Under the pieces are notes generated by a model that saw only the letters and a list, made by a program, of their open reading frames with translations, ran no database searches and was not told the DNA's origin. Shown here piece by piece: positions 27,236-38,378 of a stretch of DNA of 64,000 nt. This DNA comes from Capsulimonadaceae bacterium (GTDB lineage: Bacteria > Armatimonadota > Armatimonadia > Armatimonadales > Capsulimonadaceae), in assembly GCA_965215505.1 (NCBI GenBank), contig OZ244065.1, positions 6,016,001 to 6,080,000 on the forward strand, written 5' to 3'. Numbering within the stretch: position 1 is the stretch's first letter; each line of letters starts with the position of its first letter. A program made the position numbers and the translations under genes.

Positions 27236-28333
27236 ATGATCCAGGACAGTCTTACGCTCTCACAGTTCCGGCAGCATCAGGAAGCGCTCGAGGCTCAGAT
27301 CTTGTCGCCCTACGCGGTCCAGGCCGCGAACACGCGCGGGCGGGCAAAGCCCGAGGAGCCGGACCCGATCCGCACCGAGTTCCAGCGGGACCGGGACCGG
27401 ATTCTGCACTCCAAAGCCTTCCGGCGGCTCAAGCACAAGACGCAGGTCTTTATCGACCCCGAGGAAGACCACTACCGGACTCGGCTCACGCACACGCTGG
27501 AAGTGGCCCAAATCGCGCGCACCCTGGCCCGCGCCCTGCGCCTGAACGAAGACTTGACCGAGGCCATCACCCTGGCCCACGATTTGGGCCATACCCCCTT
27601 CGGCCATGGCGGCGAGGAGGCGCTTGACCAAGTCCTACGCGAGTACGTCCCTGGCGCGGAGTTCAAGCACTATGACCAGAGCCTCCGCATCGTGGACGTG
27701 CTGGAAAAGCACGGCGAGGGCCTGAACCTGACCTGGGAGGTCCGCGACGGCATCTTGGGCCACTCCAAGGGCAGCAAAGATCTAGGCATCGTGGAGGGGA
27801 CAAACCTGCCGACCTCTTTGGAGGGCATGTGTGTCCGCATCGCCGACCGCATCGCCTACATCAACCACGACATTGACGACAGCGTCCGGGCGGGCGTCCT
27901 CGACCTGGCGGACCTGCCTCAAGATACCCTGGACGTGCTGGGCCGCTCCCATTCGGGGCGCATCGGCACGATGGTGATGAACGTCCTGGAAAGCAGCGTC
28001 GGTCAGGCGGAAGTCAGGATGACCGGCGAGGTCCTGGCGGCCACCAACAAGCTCAAGGACTACATGTACGCGAACGTCTACACAATGGACACGCGCGGCA
28101 ACGTCGAGCTGCACAAGGCGCAGTTCATGCTCAAAGAGCTGTTCCGGCTCTACATGGGGTCCTCGCAGATGCTCCTGCCGATGGAGGACTTCGCCCCCGG
28201 CACCTTCGAGGGCCTGTCCGTGGAGGACCGCGCCCGCCGCGTCACGGACTTCATCGCGGGCATGACGGACCGCTACGCCACCATGAAGTTCAAGCAGCAC
28301 TTCTTCCCAGCAGCGTGGAATGTGTCTGAATGA
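27236..28333 (+). CDS. dgt: Deoxyguanosinetriphosphate triphosphohydrolase (HD family)
   Basis: RTEFQRDRDRILHS, KHKTQVF, RTRLTHTLEV, AHDLGHTPFGHGGE, DFIAGMTD. Confidence 0.94.
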   Translation: MIQDSLTLSQFRQHQEALEAQILSPYAVQAANTRGRAKPEEPDPIRTEFQRDRDRILHSKAFRRLKHKTQVFIDPEEDHYRTRLTHTLEVAQIARTLARALRLNEDLTEAITLAHDLGHTPFGHGGEEALDQVLREYVPGAEFKHYDQSLRIVDVLEKHGEGLNLTWEVRDGILGHSKGSKDLGIVEGTNLPTSLEGMCVRIADRIAYINHDIDDSVRAGVLDLADLPQDTLDVLGRSHSGRIGTMVMNVLESSVGQAEVRMTGEVLAATNKLKDYMYANVYTMDTRGNVELHKAQFMLKELFRLYMGSSQMLLPMEDFAPGTFEGLSVEDRARRVTDFIAGMTDRYATMKFKQHFFPAAWNVSE

Positions 28334-28358
28334 CGCCCTTTGTACACGGTGAAGAGCA

Positions 28359-28610
28359 ATGCGGAGCAAGCGTCAGAAAGTTCAGTATCCGGTCGTTCTA
28401 CGCGATCCCATAGAAGACGATCCGATCATGCAGATCTATCTGGAGATGGCTGAAGAAGAGGCTCATGCGGAACTTGCTGCCAAAGACCGCAGTAGAGGTT
28501 TTGGGTATGGTTCTGTGCTAGACATGGCTAAGAAGCGGATTCTGAAGCAGAAGTATCAGATCGACTGGAAGACGCTTCAGGAAATGAATCCTGACTGGGC
28601 TTTCGACTAG
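28359..28610 (+). CDS. Hypothetical protein (DPIEDDP...KKRILKQKYQIDWKT..EMNP)
   Basis: Clean low-GC ORF between dgt and a REPIN-like element. Confidence 0.65.
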   Translation: MRSKRQKVQYPVVLRDPIEDDPIMQIYLEMAEEEAHAELAAKDRSRGFGYGSVLDMAKKRILKQKYQIDWKTLQEMNPDWAFD

Positions 28611-28614
28611 GAGC

Positions 28615-28759
28615 GCCACGGGTTGAAACCCGAGGCTAGGAAGTGCCCAGCGTCCAGGGGACGCCCCGAGACATACGGCTTTGCTTCCCCCTTCTTACGT
28701 CCTTGTCTTCCGTCCCCTGGACGGTGGGCTTTTGTCAGCCTCGGGTTTCAACCCGTGGC
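28615..28759. repeat. REPIN-like element, family C
   Basis: gccacgggttgaaacccgaggct / agcctcgggtttcaacccgtggc perfect inverted pair; inner cgtccaggggacg / cgtcccctggacg. Confidence 0.8.
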
Positions 28760-28781
28760 TCCTCTCGTCAGGACGAACCCC

Positions 28782-30098
28782 GTGAAAACATACCCGCTCA
28801 CCCTGCTCGGCATCGCCGCCGCTCTCTGCCTCACCCTCAGCGCCGCGCCCGCCACCCGCGCTCAGACTGCTGCCCTATCCACTGAAGACTTCCTCAACCG
28901 CCTCGGCGTCAACACCCACCTCAACGGCCTGACCAAAGACGACCCCTGGAACACCGATGCGGCCCAGGTCGCCTCACAGCTAAAATACATCGGCGTCCGG
29001 CTCGACCGCGACTGGGCCTGGTCGGTCGCCGACGGGCGGAAGTGGAAGGCCGTCCAGGCGGTGTGGGGGCCTTACGGGCGCTTCTGGACCTCCATTGATG
29101 AGGCCAGTCCCGCAAACCAGCGCAAAGACTTAGGCTTCGAGGAAACGATCCAGCAGACCTATCCGGGCCTGATCTACGCGATGGGTGGCCCGAACGAGGA
29201 GGACAACACCTACCCGCAGGCGCAGGGTGCGACCCTGCCCGACTCCGCGCTGGTGCAGCGGTCCCTTTACACCTGGGCGCACTCGGGCGGGCGCAGTGTC
29301 CCCGTCAGCCAGATGGAGTTCGGGGCGGGCTGGACGGCGGCGAACGACTGGCAGGGCGATTACAACCCGGCAAACACGGGCCTTCACCAGCCTTACACGC
29401 CCGGCCCCGCCGACTTCGCGGGCGCACACACCTACCTCAGCAACCCGACCCAGAAGCCCGTTGACGTGCTGAACGGCCTGCGGACCCGTGCCCACCTGAC
29501 GACGCCGGGCAAGCCGGTCGCCCACACCGAAGTGGGGGCTTACACACAGGCGAACCTCTCCACCCGCGTCTTCGGCCAGTTCCTCGTCATGGGCGCGCTC
29601 GACAGCGCGGCAGGCGGCGACGCCGCCTACCTCGTCTACGGCCTTCAAGACAGCGCCCCCGAGCGCTCCTACGGCTTTTACGCCTTCCCCGGCGGCAAGC
29701 CGCACGAGGCCGCCGACTACTTCCACACGATGACGACCCTGCTGAAGAGTTCCAGCGGCGGCTACGGCCCCGGAACGCCGCACGCCTTCACCCCCAAGCC
29801 GCTCGCCGCGACCTTCTCGGACCCCGCCGTGAGTCATCTCGTGATGCAGAAGCCGACCGGCGAGTTCGTCGTCGTCGCCTGGTCCGAGCAGCTAATGAAC
29901 GGCACGGAACACGCCGCCTCAGACACTATCGGCTTCGGCAAATCATTTGCCACTGTGCGCGTCTACGACATTGAGGACGGCCTGATGCCCATCGCCGTGC
30001 TTCATCATGTGAGCCGATACGCTCCCGCCATGAAGCCGAGCGACACCTACTTTCTAGTGTTGAGCGATGAAGGCGGTACGCTGCCACACAAACCATGA
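28782..30098 (+). CDS. Secreted glycoside-hydrolase-like (clan GH-A type) protein
   Basis: Signal peptide, LGVNTH, GPNEED, AHTY, AHTEVG; GTG start chosen outside the repeat. Confidence 0.6.
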   Translation: MKTYPLTLLGIAAALCLTLSAAPATRAQTAALSTEDFLNRLGVNTHLNGLTKDDPWNTDAAQVASQLKYIGVRLDRDWAWSVADGRKWKAVQAVWGPYGRFWTSIDEASPANQRKDLGFEETIQQTYPGLIYAMGGPNEEDNTYPQAQGATLPDSALVQRSLYTWAHSGGRSVPVSQMEFGAGWTAANDWQGDYNPANTGLHQPYTPGPADFAGAHTYLSNPTQKPVDVLNGLRTRAHLTTPGKPVAHTEVGAYTQANLSTRVFGQFLVMGALDSAAGGDAAYLVYGLQDSAPERSYGFYAFPGGKPHEAADYFHTMTTLLKSSSGGYGPGTPHAFTPKPLAATFSDPAVSHLVMQKPTGEFVVVAWSEQLMNGTEHAASDTIGFGKSFATVRVYDIEDGLMPIAVLHHVSRYAPAMKPSDTYFLVLSDEGGTLPHKP

Positions 30099-30108
30099 TG
30101 CGCGATCA

Positions 30109-30259
30109 GGATCGGACGAGTGATTAAAATCACTCGCTCCCGTCGGACCTGTCCAGGGGACAGAAGACGGAAAACGTGGACCATCGGCCATGGCTCCTGT
30201 CCGCTTGTCCCTTGGACAAATCCTACCGAAGCGAGTGATTTTAATCACTCGTCCGATCC
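30109..30259. repeat. REPIN-like element, family D copy 1
   Basis: ggatcggacgagtgattaaaatcactcgct / agcgagtgattttaatcactcgtccgatcc; inner tgtccaggggaca / tgtcccttggaca; second copy at 57402. Confidence 0.85.
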
Positions 30260-30280
30260 AGTAAGAAAGGCTAGTGCCGC

Positions 30281-31120
30281 ATGACACTCCGAAACACCGC
30301 CGTCAACATCCTTGCCCCGCTCCTGCTGGCCGCCGCCCTCTGCACCCCCGCGCTCGCCCAGGCCGCGCCCCCGGCCAAAAAGTTCGTCAGCCTCAAAAAA
30401 GGCTTCGACGCCGTCGTCCGGCCCGACGGCAAGTGGCGCGCACAGGTCACCGCCCTGCGCGCCCACTGGTTTTATAGCTGGGGCGGCGACGAGCCGCCTG
30501 ACCTGCCCCCCGGCATCCAGTTCGTGCCGATGGATTGGGGCTACTACGGCAACAAGGACGACAGCCTGGTGAAGTGGCTGGCGAAGGTCAAGGCACAGCC
30601 CGGTGTCCCTGCCCTGCTCGGCTTCAATGAGCCGGACGGCAAGGACCAGGCCAACCTGAGCGTGGAACGTGCCTTAGAGGGCTGGCCGTATCTCATGCAA
30701 ACGGCTCTCCCCCTGGGCAGCCCCGCCGCCGTCCACGCCGACGGCGACTGGATGAAGGCTTTCATGGCGGGTGCCGAGGCGAAGCACTACAGGGTGGACT
30801 TCATCACGATTCACTGGTACGGCGGCGCGGACCCGCAGGGATTCCTTGCCTACCTCGCCCGCGTCCACGCCCTGTACCACCGCCCGCTCTGGGTGACGGA
30901 GTTCGCACCCGCCGACTGGTCGGGACACCATGGAGTTACGCCGCAGCAGGCCGCCGACTTCATGCGGGTAGCCCTGCCGGGCATGGACAGGCTGGACTAT
31001 GTGCAGCGCTACTCCTGGTACTCCGCCTCCCCCGATGACGCCGCCCTGGGCGCGTCCGCCCTGTTCGGCAAGGACGGTTCGCTGACCGACCTGGGCCGCC
31101 TCTATGCCTCGTTGCCTTGA
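30281..31120 (+). CDS. Secreted GH128-type (Glyco_hydro_cc) glycoside hydrolase, probable beta-1,3-glucanase
   Basis: WFYSWG, FVPMDWG, LLGFNEPD, IHWY, PLWVTEF, VQRYSW. Confidence 0.85.
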   Translation: MTLRNTAVNILAPLLLAAALCTPALAQAAPPAKKFVSLKKGFDAVVRPDGKWRAQVTALRAHWFYSWGGDEPPDLPPGIQFVPMDWGYYGNKDDSLVKWLAKVKAQPGVPALLGFNEPDGKDQANLSVERALEGWPYLMQTALPLGSPAAVHADGDWMKAFMAGAEAKHYRVDFITIHWYGGADPQGFLAYLARVHALYHRPLWVTEFAPADWSGHHGVTPQQAADFMRVALPGMDRLDYVQRYSWYSASPDDAALGASALFGKDGSLTDLGRLYASLP

Positions 31121-31127
31121 TGCCGCG

Positions 31128-31156
31128 TTGACAACCCGGCGGCGATGCGGTATCAT
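31128..31156 (+). promoter_or_regulatory. Sigma70 promoter for atpG
   Basis: TTGACA-N17-TATCAT. Confidence 0.7.
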
Positions 31157-31202
31157 AAGCCCAAAGATTTTCCTTCCCAGCACCCGACTTTAAGGACCCA
31201 CC

Positions 31203-32078
31203 ATGGCAACCCCACGACAGATCCGCGGCCGTATCCGTGTCGCCAAGAACATCCAGCAGATCACCAAGGCGATGAAGATGGTCGCCGCCGCCCGCCTGCG
31301 CCGCGCCCAGGAGGCGGTCGGCGCGGCCCGGCCTTACGCCGAGAAGATGCGGGACGTCATGCAGAGCCTCGGCGACAGCGGCGGCAGCAGCGTCCGGCAC
31401 CCGCTCCTGCGCCGGGTCGAGGGCGAGCCTCAGACCATCGGCGTCATCCTCGTGACGGCGGACCGCGGCCTGTGCGGGGCCTATAACTCCAGCGTCATCC
31501 GACGCGCCAATGACCTCGTCAAGCCGTTCGGGCCGGACCGGGCCAAACTCGTCTGCGTCGGCAAGAAGGGCGCGACCTTCTTCCGGCGGCGCGGGTATGA
31601 CGTGGCCGCCGAGAACCCCGTTCCCGCCACCGGAATCAGCTTCGCCGACGCCCAGGCCATCTCGCGGACGGCCCGCGAGCTGTTCGCGTCGGGCCAGGTG
31701 GATGCCCTCTACCTCATCTACACGCAGTTCCAGTCGGCCATGACTCAGCGGCCCCAGACCCTCACCATCCTCCCGATCCAGCCACCAACAGCGGCGGCCG
31801 GGGCCGCGCCCGCCCAGCCGGTGGACTACATCTTCGAGCCGGACCCTGAGCAGATATTAGGCGGCCTCCTCCCCCGCTATGTGGACACCCAGGTCTACCA
31901 GGCCGTCGTCGAGAGCATCGCCTCCGAACACGGCGCGCGCATGACCTCCATGTCCAGCGCCACCGACAACGCCGGCAAGATGATCTCCAACCTCACCCTC
32001 TCGCTCAACCGCGCCCGCCAGGCGACCATCACCAAGGAGATCGCCGAGATCGTCGGCGGTGCCGAGGCGCTGAGGTAA
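31203..32078 (+). CDS. atpG: F1 ATP synthase gamma subunit
   Basis: ITKAMKMVAAA, DRGLCGAYN, SEHGARM, NRARQATITKEIAEIVGGAEA. Confidence 0.97.
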   Translation: MATPRQIRGRIRVAKNIQQITKAMKMVAAARLRRAQEAVGAARPYAEKMRDVMQSLGDSGGSSVRHPLLRRVEGEPQTIGVILVTADRGLCGAYNSSVIRRANDLVKPFGPDRAKLVCVGKKGATFFRRRGYDVAAENPVPATGISFADAQAISRTARELFASGQVDALYLIYTQFQSAMTQRPQTLTILPIQPPTAAAGAAPAQPVDYIFEPDPEQILGGLLPRYVDTQVYQAVVESIASEHGARMTSMSSATDNAGKMISNLTLSLNRARQATITKEIAEIVGGAEALR

Positions 32079-32080
32079 AC

Positions 32081-32527
32081 GTGCCCGACGCGCTCACATT
32101 GCAGGGCAACGGCGGTACTCTCTCGCTCGAAGTGGTCAGCAAAAATGGGTGGTGCGGCTGTTACTTAGAGGCGGGCGAACGGAGGTTTCTGGGAGCAGAT
32201 GATGTTCGGCACATCGCCAGTAGGCTTCTGGGAGCGTTAGGCGATGACAACGAATTAGCCCCAATAGCCGGGCAGTTTGAGGGCTACGATGTTCGATGCT
32301 CCCTCTTGCTGTCAGAGGTGCATCATGCTCTCTACGTTGCCGTTGAAGGCCAGGACAGCGTCTTGCTCTGGCAGCACGCAAATGGGACGCCGATGCTCAT
32401 TGTTGGCACCATAAAGCTTTCCCCTGAACAGAGGCATCGCTGGCTGTCGCAGATCAAGGAGTTCTGCCCAGACATCTGGCCTTCGTTTCAAGGCAGCGGC
32501 TATTTGGACCAAAAGCCTACTGTGTAG
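32081..32527 (+). CDS. Hypothetical protein (lower GC) inserted after atpG
   Basis: Clean ORF starting 2 nt after the atpG stop. Confidence 0.55.
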   Translation: MPDALTLQGNGGTLSLEVVSKNGWCGCYLEAGERRFLGADDVRHIASRLLGALGDDNELAPIAGQFEGYDVRCSLLLSEVHHALYVAVEGQDSVLLWQHANGTPMLIVGTIKLSPEQRHRWLSQIKEFCPDIWPSFQGSGYLDQKPTV

Positions 32528-32580
32528 ATGTTCCAAAGCAGGGCGATTGCCTCTTGATACTGCCCTCTTTCCACGATCGG

Positions 32581-32717
32581 ACCACGCCATGAATGGCACG
32601 GCTAACCGGCCTTCGGCCAGGCAGTACCGCTTCGCGGCACTCGGCTGGACTCTCAGCCCCGCGAAGCGGCGGCTTCTCGGCGTCCGCGCCGGATAGCCGT
32701 GCCATTCATGGCATGGT
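32581..32717. repeat. REPIN-like element, family A copy 2
   Basis: accacgccatgaatggcacggcta / tagccgtgccattcatggcatggt; inner ccgcttcgcgg / ccgcgaagcgg. Confidence 0.8.
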
Positions 32718-32757
32718 CAAGAACGCCTCATCGCCATGCCAGGTTCGTCCCTCTCGC

Positions 32758-32787
32758 TTGACACCTGCCCCCCCTTTCGGCTATACT
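32758..32787 (+). promoter_or_regulatory. Sigma70 promoter for atpD-atpC
   Basis: TTGACA-N18-TATACT. Confidence 0.7.
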
Positions 32788-32852
32788 CAGTTCAACTTAG
32801 CGCACTTTTTCACAGATAAACAGAAGGTTAAAAGCTTTTCAGAGGAGAATAG

Positions 32853-34292
<1,440 letters not shown>

Positions 34293-34371
34293 TTCCCGAT
34301 TGGGCCTGGCGTCGGGGAGTGACCGCTCACCCCCCGGTGCCGGGCCTGCGATTTTTCTGAGACAAACACCC

Positions 34372-34794
34372 ATGGCAGCAACGTATACCCTAGACGTGGT
34401 CACCCCGGAGCGCATCATGCTCAGTGAGCCGGTGACGCAGACCGTCGCGCCCGGCACCGAGGGGCAGCTCGGCATCCTCGCGAACCACGCGCCGCTGATG
34501 ACCGAACTCGCCCCCGGCGAGATCCTGGCGACCCTGGCCGATGGCCGGACGACCGCACACATCGTCATCTCCGGCGGCTTCATGGAGGTCGCGCCCGGCG
34601 GCGGGCGGACGACGATCCTCGCGGACAACGCCGAGCGCGCCGACGAAATAGACCTCACGCGGGCCGAGGCGGACCTCGCCGCCGCCCAGCAGATGTTGGC
34701 CGGGACCGAGGCCGGCTCCGACCAGCAGGCGGAGGCGCGGCGGTCGCTCGCCCACGCCGAGACGCGCATCCGCGTCTCCCGCAGCCGGCGATGA
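34372..34794 (+). CDS. atpC: F1 ATP synthase epsilon subunit
   Basis: LDVVTPER, GQLGILANHAP, ISGGFMEV, ILADNAE. Confidence 0.95.
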   Translation: MAATYTLDVVTPERIMLSEPVTQTVAPGTEGQLGILANHAPLMTELAPGEILATLADGRTTAHIVISGGFMEVAPGGGRTTILADNAERADEIDLTRAEADLAAAQQMLAGTEAGSDQQAEARRSLAHAETRIRVSRSRR

Positions 34795-34870
34795 GATTAA
34801 AGTAAGACAGCCGCACGGATTGCGGACAAAAATGCAAGAACGAACCTTTCAATCCAACATTGGATGATTC

Positions 34871-36106
34871 GTGCCGGCAAGTACCTCTGCGGGAAGAGGG
34901 AGACAAACGCTTTTGGCACATGAGAATAACACGGCGCTGAAAGTCTGGCGCCTGCTCTTCGTGAGCGCCCTGCTGGTTCTCGGCGGCATCCTCGGCTTCC
35001 AGGCCGGAGCACAGATCGTCACCTGGGTCAACAACCCGAACAACACGAACCCCGTCCTCCTGGCCTCACGCGAGAGCATGGGGGCGGGCACGGGCCGCAC
35101 AATCGCCCTCGCCGCCTTCACGCTGCTTGGCATCCTGTTCGCCCGGCTGGTCTCGACGCCCGCCTTCCAGCGGCTCGTCCTCGCCGGGGACCGCCTCAAG
35201 GAGATGAAGCCGAACGAGAAGGTCGCCACCTTCGTCGGAGTCATGGTCGGCCTGCTGCTGACCCTGATGCTGCGCTCGTGCTTCCCCTTCCTCGGCATCT
35301 GGGGCACCGCCGTCGTCGGCATCGTCCTGATCTACCTCGGCATCGTCGCGACCTGGAGCATGAAGGACGAAGTCCGCCTGTTCCTGCCGGGTGCCCCGGC
35401 CCTGCCCGCCGACGCCAAAGACACGCCGCCGGAACAGTGCAAGATACTCGACACTAATGTCATTATTGACGGCCGCGTCGCCGATATCTGCCGCACCGGT
35501 TTCATCGAAGGCCCCATCTACGTCCCCGGCTTCGTGCTGGATGAACTCCAGCACATCGCCGACTCGGCGGATAGCCTCAAACGGGCGCGGGGCCGGCGCG
35601 GGCTTGACATCCTGAACGCCATGCGGACCGAGCAGAAGATGATGGTCCGCACCTACGACAGCACCGACCCGAACGACCGGGACGAAGTGGACGCCAAGCT
35701 GGTCAAGCTGGCGAAGAAGCTGGGCGGCAAGATCGTCACCAACGACTACAACCTGAACAAAGTCGCCGAGCTTCAGGGCGTCGCCGTGCTGAACATCAAC
35801 GAGCTGGCGAACGCCGTCAAGCCGGTCGTCCTGCCCGGCGAGGAGATGCCCGTCACCATCATCAAGATCGGCAAGGAGCCGGACCAGGGCGTCGCCTACC
35901 TCGATGACGGCACCATGATCGTCGTGGAAGGCGGACGCCGCCACATCGGCGAGACGCTCACCGTCGTCACCAGCACCGTCCTTCAGACTGTGGCCGGCAA
36001 GATGATCTTCGCCCGGCTGCGTGATGAGACCGAGGAAGAAGAGGGGTATGACCGCAACCTACGCGCTTATCCCGGCGGCGGGCCGCGCCGCAAGATTCAG
36101 CACTGA
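34871..36106 (+). CDS. Membrane PIN/TRAM-domain protein (YacL-like)
   Basis: TM helices, LDTNVIIDGR, RGRRGLDIL, TNDYNL, GVAYLDDGTMIVVE; start uncertain. Confidence 0.9.
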   Translation: MPASTSAGRGRQTLLAHENNTALKVWRLLFVSALLVLGGILGFQAGAQIVTWVNNPNNTNPVLLASRESMGAGTGRTIALAAFTLLGILFARLVSTPAFQRLVLAGDRLKEMKPNEKVATFVGVMVGLLLTLMLRSCFPFLGIWGTAVVGIVLIYLGIVATWSMKDEVRLFLPGAPALPADAKDTPPEQCKILDTNVIIDGRVADICRTGFIEGPIYVPGFVLDELQHIADSADSLKRARGRRGLDILNAMRTEQKMMVRTYDSTDPNDRDEVDAKLVKLAKKLGGKIVTNDYNLNKVAELQGVAVLNINELANAVKPVVLPGEEMPVTIIKIGKEPDQGVAYLDDGTMIVVEGGRRHIGETLTVVTSTVLQTVAGKMIFARLRDETEEEEGYDRNLRAYPGGGPRRKIQH

Positions 36107-37238
36107 CGGAGGCCCCGAGGGGAACAAGGTCTTCGCGCCCCTGGCGGGCCGGCCCCTGCTGCGTTGGACCGTGGAAGCCTTCGCCGCCCATGCCGCCATT
36201 GACGGCATCCTGGTGGTCGCCGGTGCGGGCGAGGTCGCCCGTTGCCGCGAGGCGCTGGCCGGAGTGGACAAACTGCTCTCGATCATCCCCGGCGGTGAGA
36301 CGCGGCAGGCTTCGGTCGCCATTGGCCTGTTCACCCTGGGCGGGGCCGCCGACGACCTCGTCCTGGTCCACGACGGCGCGCGGCCCCTGGTCACGCCGGA
36401 CATCATCACGCGCTGCCTGGAAGGCGCGCGCGAATTCGGCAACGCCGTCGCCGCCTTGCCCGTGGCCGACACCCTGAAAGCCGTGGACGCACAGCAGGCC
36501 GTCCAGCGCACCGTAGACCGTGAAGGGCTGTGGGCGGTCCAGACGCCGCAGGCCTTCCGCATGGCGACTCTGTTTGAGGCCCACATCGCCGCCCGCGATC
36601 AGGGCTGGACCGGCACCGACGAGGCTTCTTTGGTGGAGAGGTACGGCAGCGAGCCGGTCCACCTCGTCCTCGGTGGCCCCGACAATTTCAAGGTCACGCG
36701 CCCCGCCGATCTAAATCTTGCCGAGGCGGTCCTGCGCGCCCGGATGGACGGACCCATGGCACAGACCCGCATTGGCTTCGGCTACGACATCCACCCCTTC
36801 ATCGTTGGCCGGAAGCTCATGCTCGGCGGCGTCGAGATTCCCAGCCCGCGCGGCCTCGACGGGCACTCCGACGCCGACGTCCTCCTCCACGCCCTCTGCG
36901 ATGCCCTGCTCGGCGCGGCGGGCCTGCCGGACATCGGGAACCTCTTCCCGAACACCGACCCCGCCTACAAAGGCATCTCCAGCCTGGAGCTTCTGCGCCA
37001 GGTCTGCGCGCGCACCGTCGCGGCGGGCTACCAGGTCGGCAATGTGGACCTCACCCTCATCGCCGAGGCCCCCAAGATCGCCCCCCATGTGCCGCAGATG
37101 CGCGCGCTCATCGCCGAGGCTCTGCGTATCGAACCCGCCCGCGTGGGTATAAAAGCGACCACGAACGAGGGACTCGGGTCGCTGGGGCGCGGGGAGGGCA
37201 TCGCCGCCCACGCCGTCGCCGCCATCATCGGTCCCTAA
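36048..37238 (+). CDS. ispDF: Bifunctional IspD-IspF (MEP cytidylyltransferase / MECDP synthase)
   Basis: IPAAG, GGETRQAS, VHDGARP, QTPQ fused to GFGYDIH, HSDADV, KATTNEGLG, RGEGIAA. Confidence 0.93.
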   Translation: MTATYALIPAAGRAARFSTDGGPEGNKVFAPLAGRPLLRWTVEAFAAHAAIDGILVVAGAGEVARCREALAGVDKLLSIIPGGETRQASVAIGLFTLGGAADDLVLVHDGARPLVTPDIITRCLEGAREFGNAVAALPVADTLKAVDAQQAVQRTVDREGLWAVQTPQAFRMATLFEAHIAARDQGWTGTDEASLVERYGSEPVHLVLGGPDNFKVTRPADLNLAEAVLRARMDGPMAQTRIGFGYDIHPFIVGRKLMLGGVEIPSPRGLDGHSDADVLLHALCDALLGAAGLPDIGNLFPNTDPAYKGISSLELLRQVCARTVAAGYQVGNVDLTLIAEAPKIAPHVPQMRALIAEALRIEPARVGIKATTNEGLGSLGRGEGIAAHAVAAIIGP

Positions 37239-37269
37239 AGAAAAGGGACTAAAGGAAAGGGGAACAGTC

Positions 37270-37842
37270 ATGGCTATCGCCGTCACCGTCAAGGGCAAGC
37301 ATCTTCAGGTCACGGAGGGCCTGCGCGAACACGCCCAGAACCGCCTCCAGAAGCTGGAAACCTACTTCCAGAACATCCGCGAGGTCATCGTCGTCGAGAG
37401 CGTCGAGGGCGCACAGCACCGGGTCGAGGTCACCCTCCAGGGTGACGGCCTCCTGCTGCGCGGCGAGGAGCGCACCAACGACATGTATGCCTCCCTCGAC
37501 CGCGTCGTGGACAAACTGGAAGCGCGCCTGCGGAAGTTCAAGGCCAAGCACACCCACCTCCGCAACCACCAGCAAAGCCTCCGCACCAACATGGACATCT
37601 CGAACGGGGCGGGCATGGACGGCATCCTCGCCGCCGACAGTGAGGAGGACGTGGACGACAGCCCGCGCATCGTCCGCACCAAGGCCGTCACCATGAAGCC
37701 GATGGGCATCGACGACGCCGTCCAGATGCTGGAACTGACCGACCACGAGTGGTACGTCTACCTGGACATGGACACCCACATGACCCAGGTGGTCTACCGC
37801 CGCCGCGACGGCAACTACGGCCTGGTCGTCCCGAAGATCTAG
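37270..37842 (+). CDS. hpf: Ribosome hibernation promoting factor (long HPF)
   Basis: VKGKHLQVT, DMYASLD, C-terminal KPM..DDAV.QM...VYRRRDGNYG. Confidence 0.93.
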   Translation: MAIAVTVKGKHLQVTEGLREHAQNRLQKLETYFQNIREVIVVESVEGAQHRVEVTLQGDGLLLRGEERTNDMYASLDRVVDKLEARLRKFKAKHTHLRNHQQSLRTNMDISNGAGMDGILAADSEEDVDDSPRIVRTKAVTMKPMGIDDAVQMLELTDHEWYVYLDMDTHMTQVVYRRRDGNYGLVVPKI

Positions 37843-37853
37843 GGCTTCACCCG

Positions 37854-37880
37854 AGGGGCAGGCTTGTTAAGCCTGCCCCT
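37854..37880 (+). terminator. Terminator-like hairpin after hpf
   Basis: aggggcaggctt-gtt-aagcctgcccct. Confidence 0.6.
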
Positions 37881-37923
37881 TGAATCGTTCTGAGAATAGT
37901 CCTGCCCCTCAGGAGTCTACAGC

Positions 37924-38232
37924 ATGAAACGGCTTTACCGATCCATTATCGTCCTCGCTTCTACCGCAGTAGGAACAGCATTTGGAGTGTGTCTGATGCG
38001 CTTGGCAGGCACCCCTCTGGCCCAACATCTTGCGCTCGCGCCTAAATCAGCGAAGCCCGCCGTCCACGATTTCGGTGACATGATTGCCGACCTCTTTTGC
38101 CTGGGTTACTACACGGGTCTGCTTACGGGCGTCGTGATGACACTCGCTGTTTTCGGGGGACTGGTCGCCGGTTTCGCGTTCGCCCGGCGCGTGGGAACGC
38201 CTGACTCTTCCTTTGGGCTGAAAGTGGCTTGA
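37924..38232 (+). CDS. Hypothetical membrane protein
   Basis: AGGAG SD, hydrophobic segments. Confidence 0.6.
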   Translation: MKRLYRSIIVLASTAVGTAFGVCLMRLAGTPLAQHLALAPKSAKPAVHDFGDMIADLFCLGYYTGLLTGVVMTLAVFGGLVAGFAFARRVGTPDSSFGLKVA

Positions 38233-38378
38233 ATAAACCGCCCTACGATTGGCGACAACGTGCTAAGGAAAGGACCCGTGCCCTTGCAGTTGTACGCTTC
38301 TCATGCGGCCACTCTGAGACACAGTTCTGCCTCCCGCTGCCTTTTTAGAGTGGGCGTCTGCCCTGATGAGGGGGCTTT

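Noticed and set aside
28623-28781. N-terminal extension of ORF 28623..30098
   Set aside because: It is a translation of the family-C repeat; the signal peptide starts at GTG 28782
24302-32717. Hairpin elements as integron attC sites
   Set aside because: They lack RYYYAAC/GTTRRRY ends, no intI is present, and they are dispersed rather than arrayed
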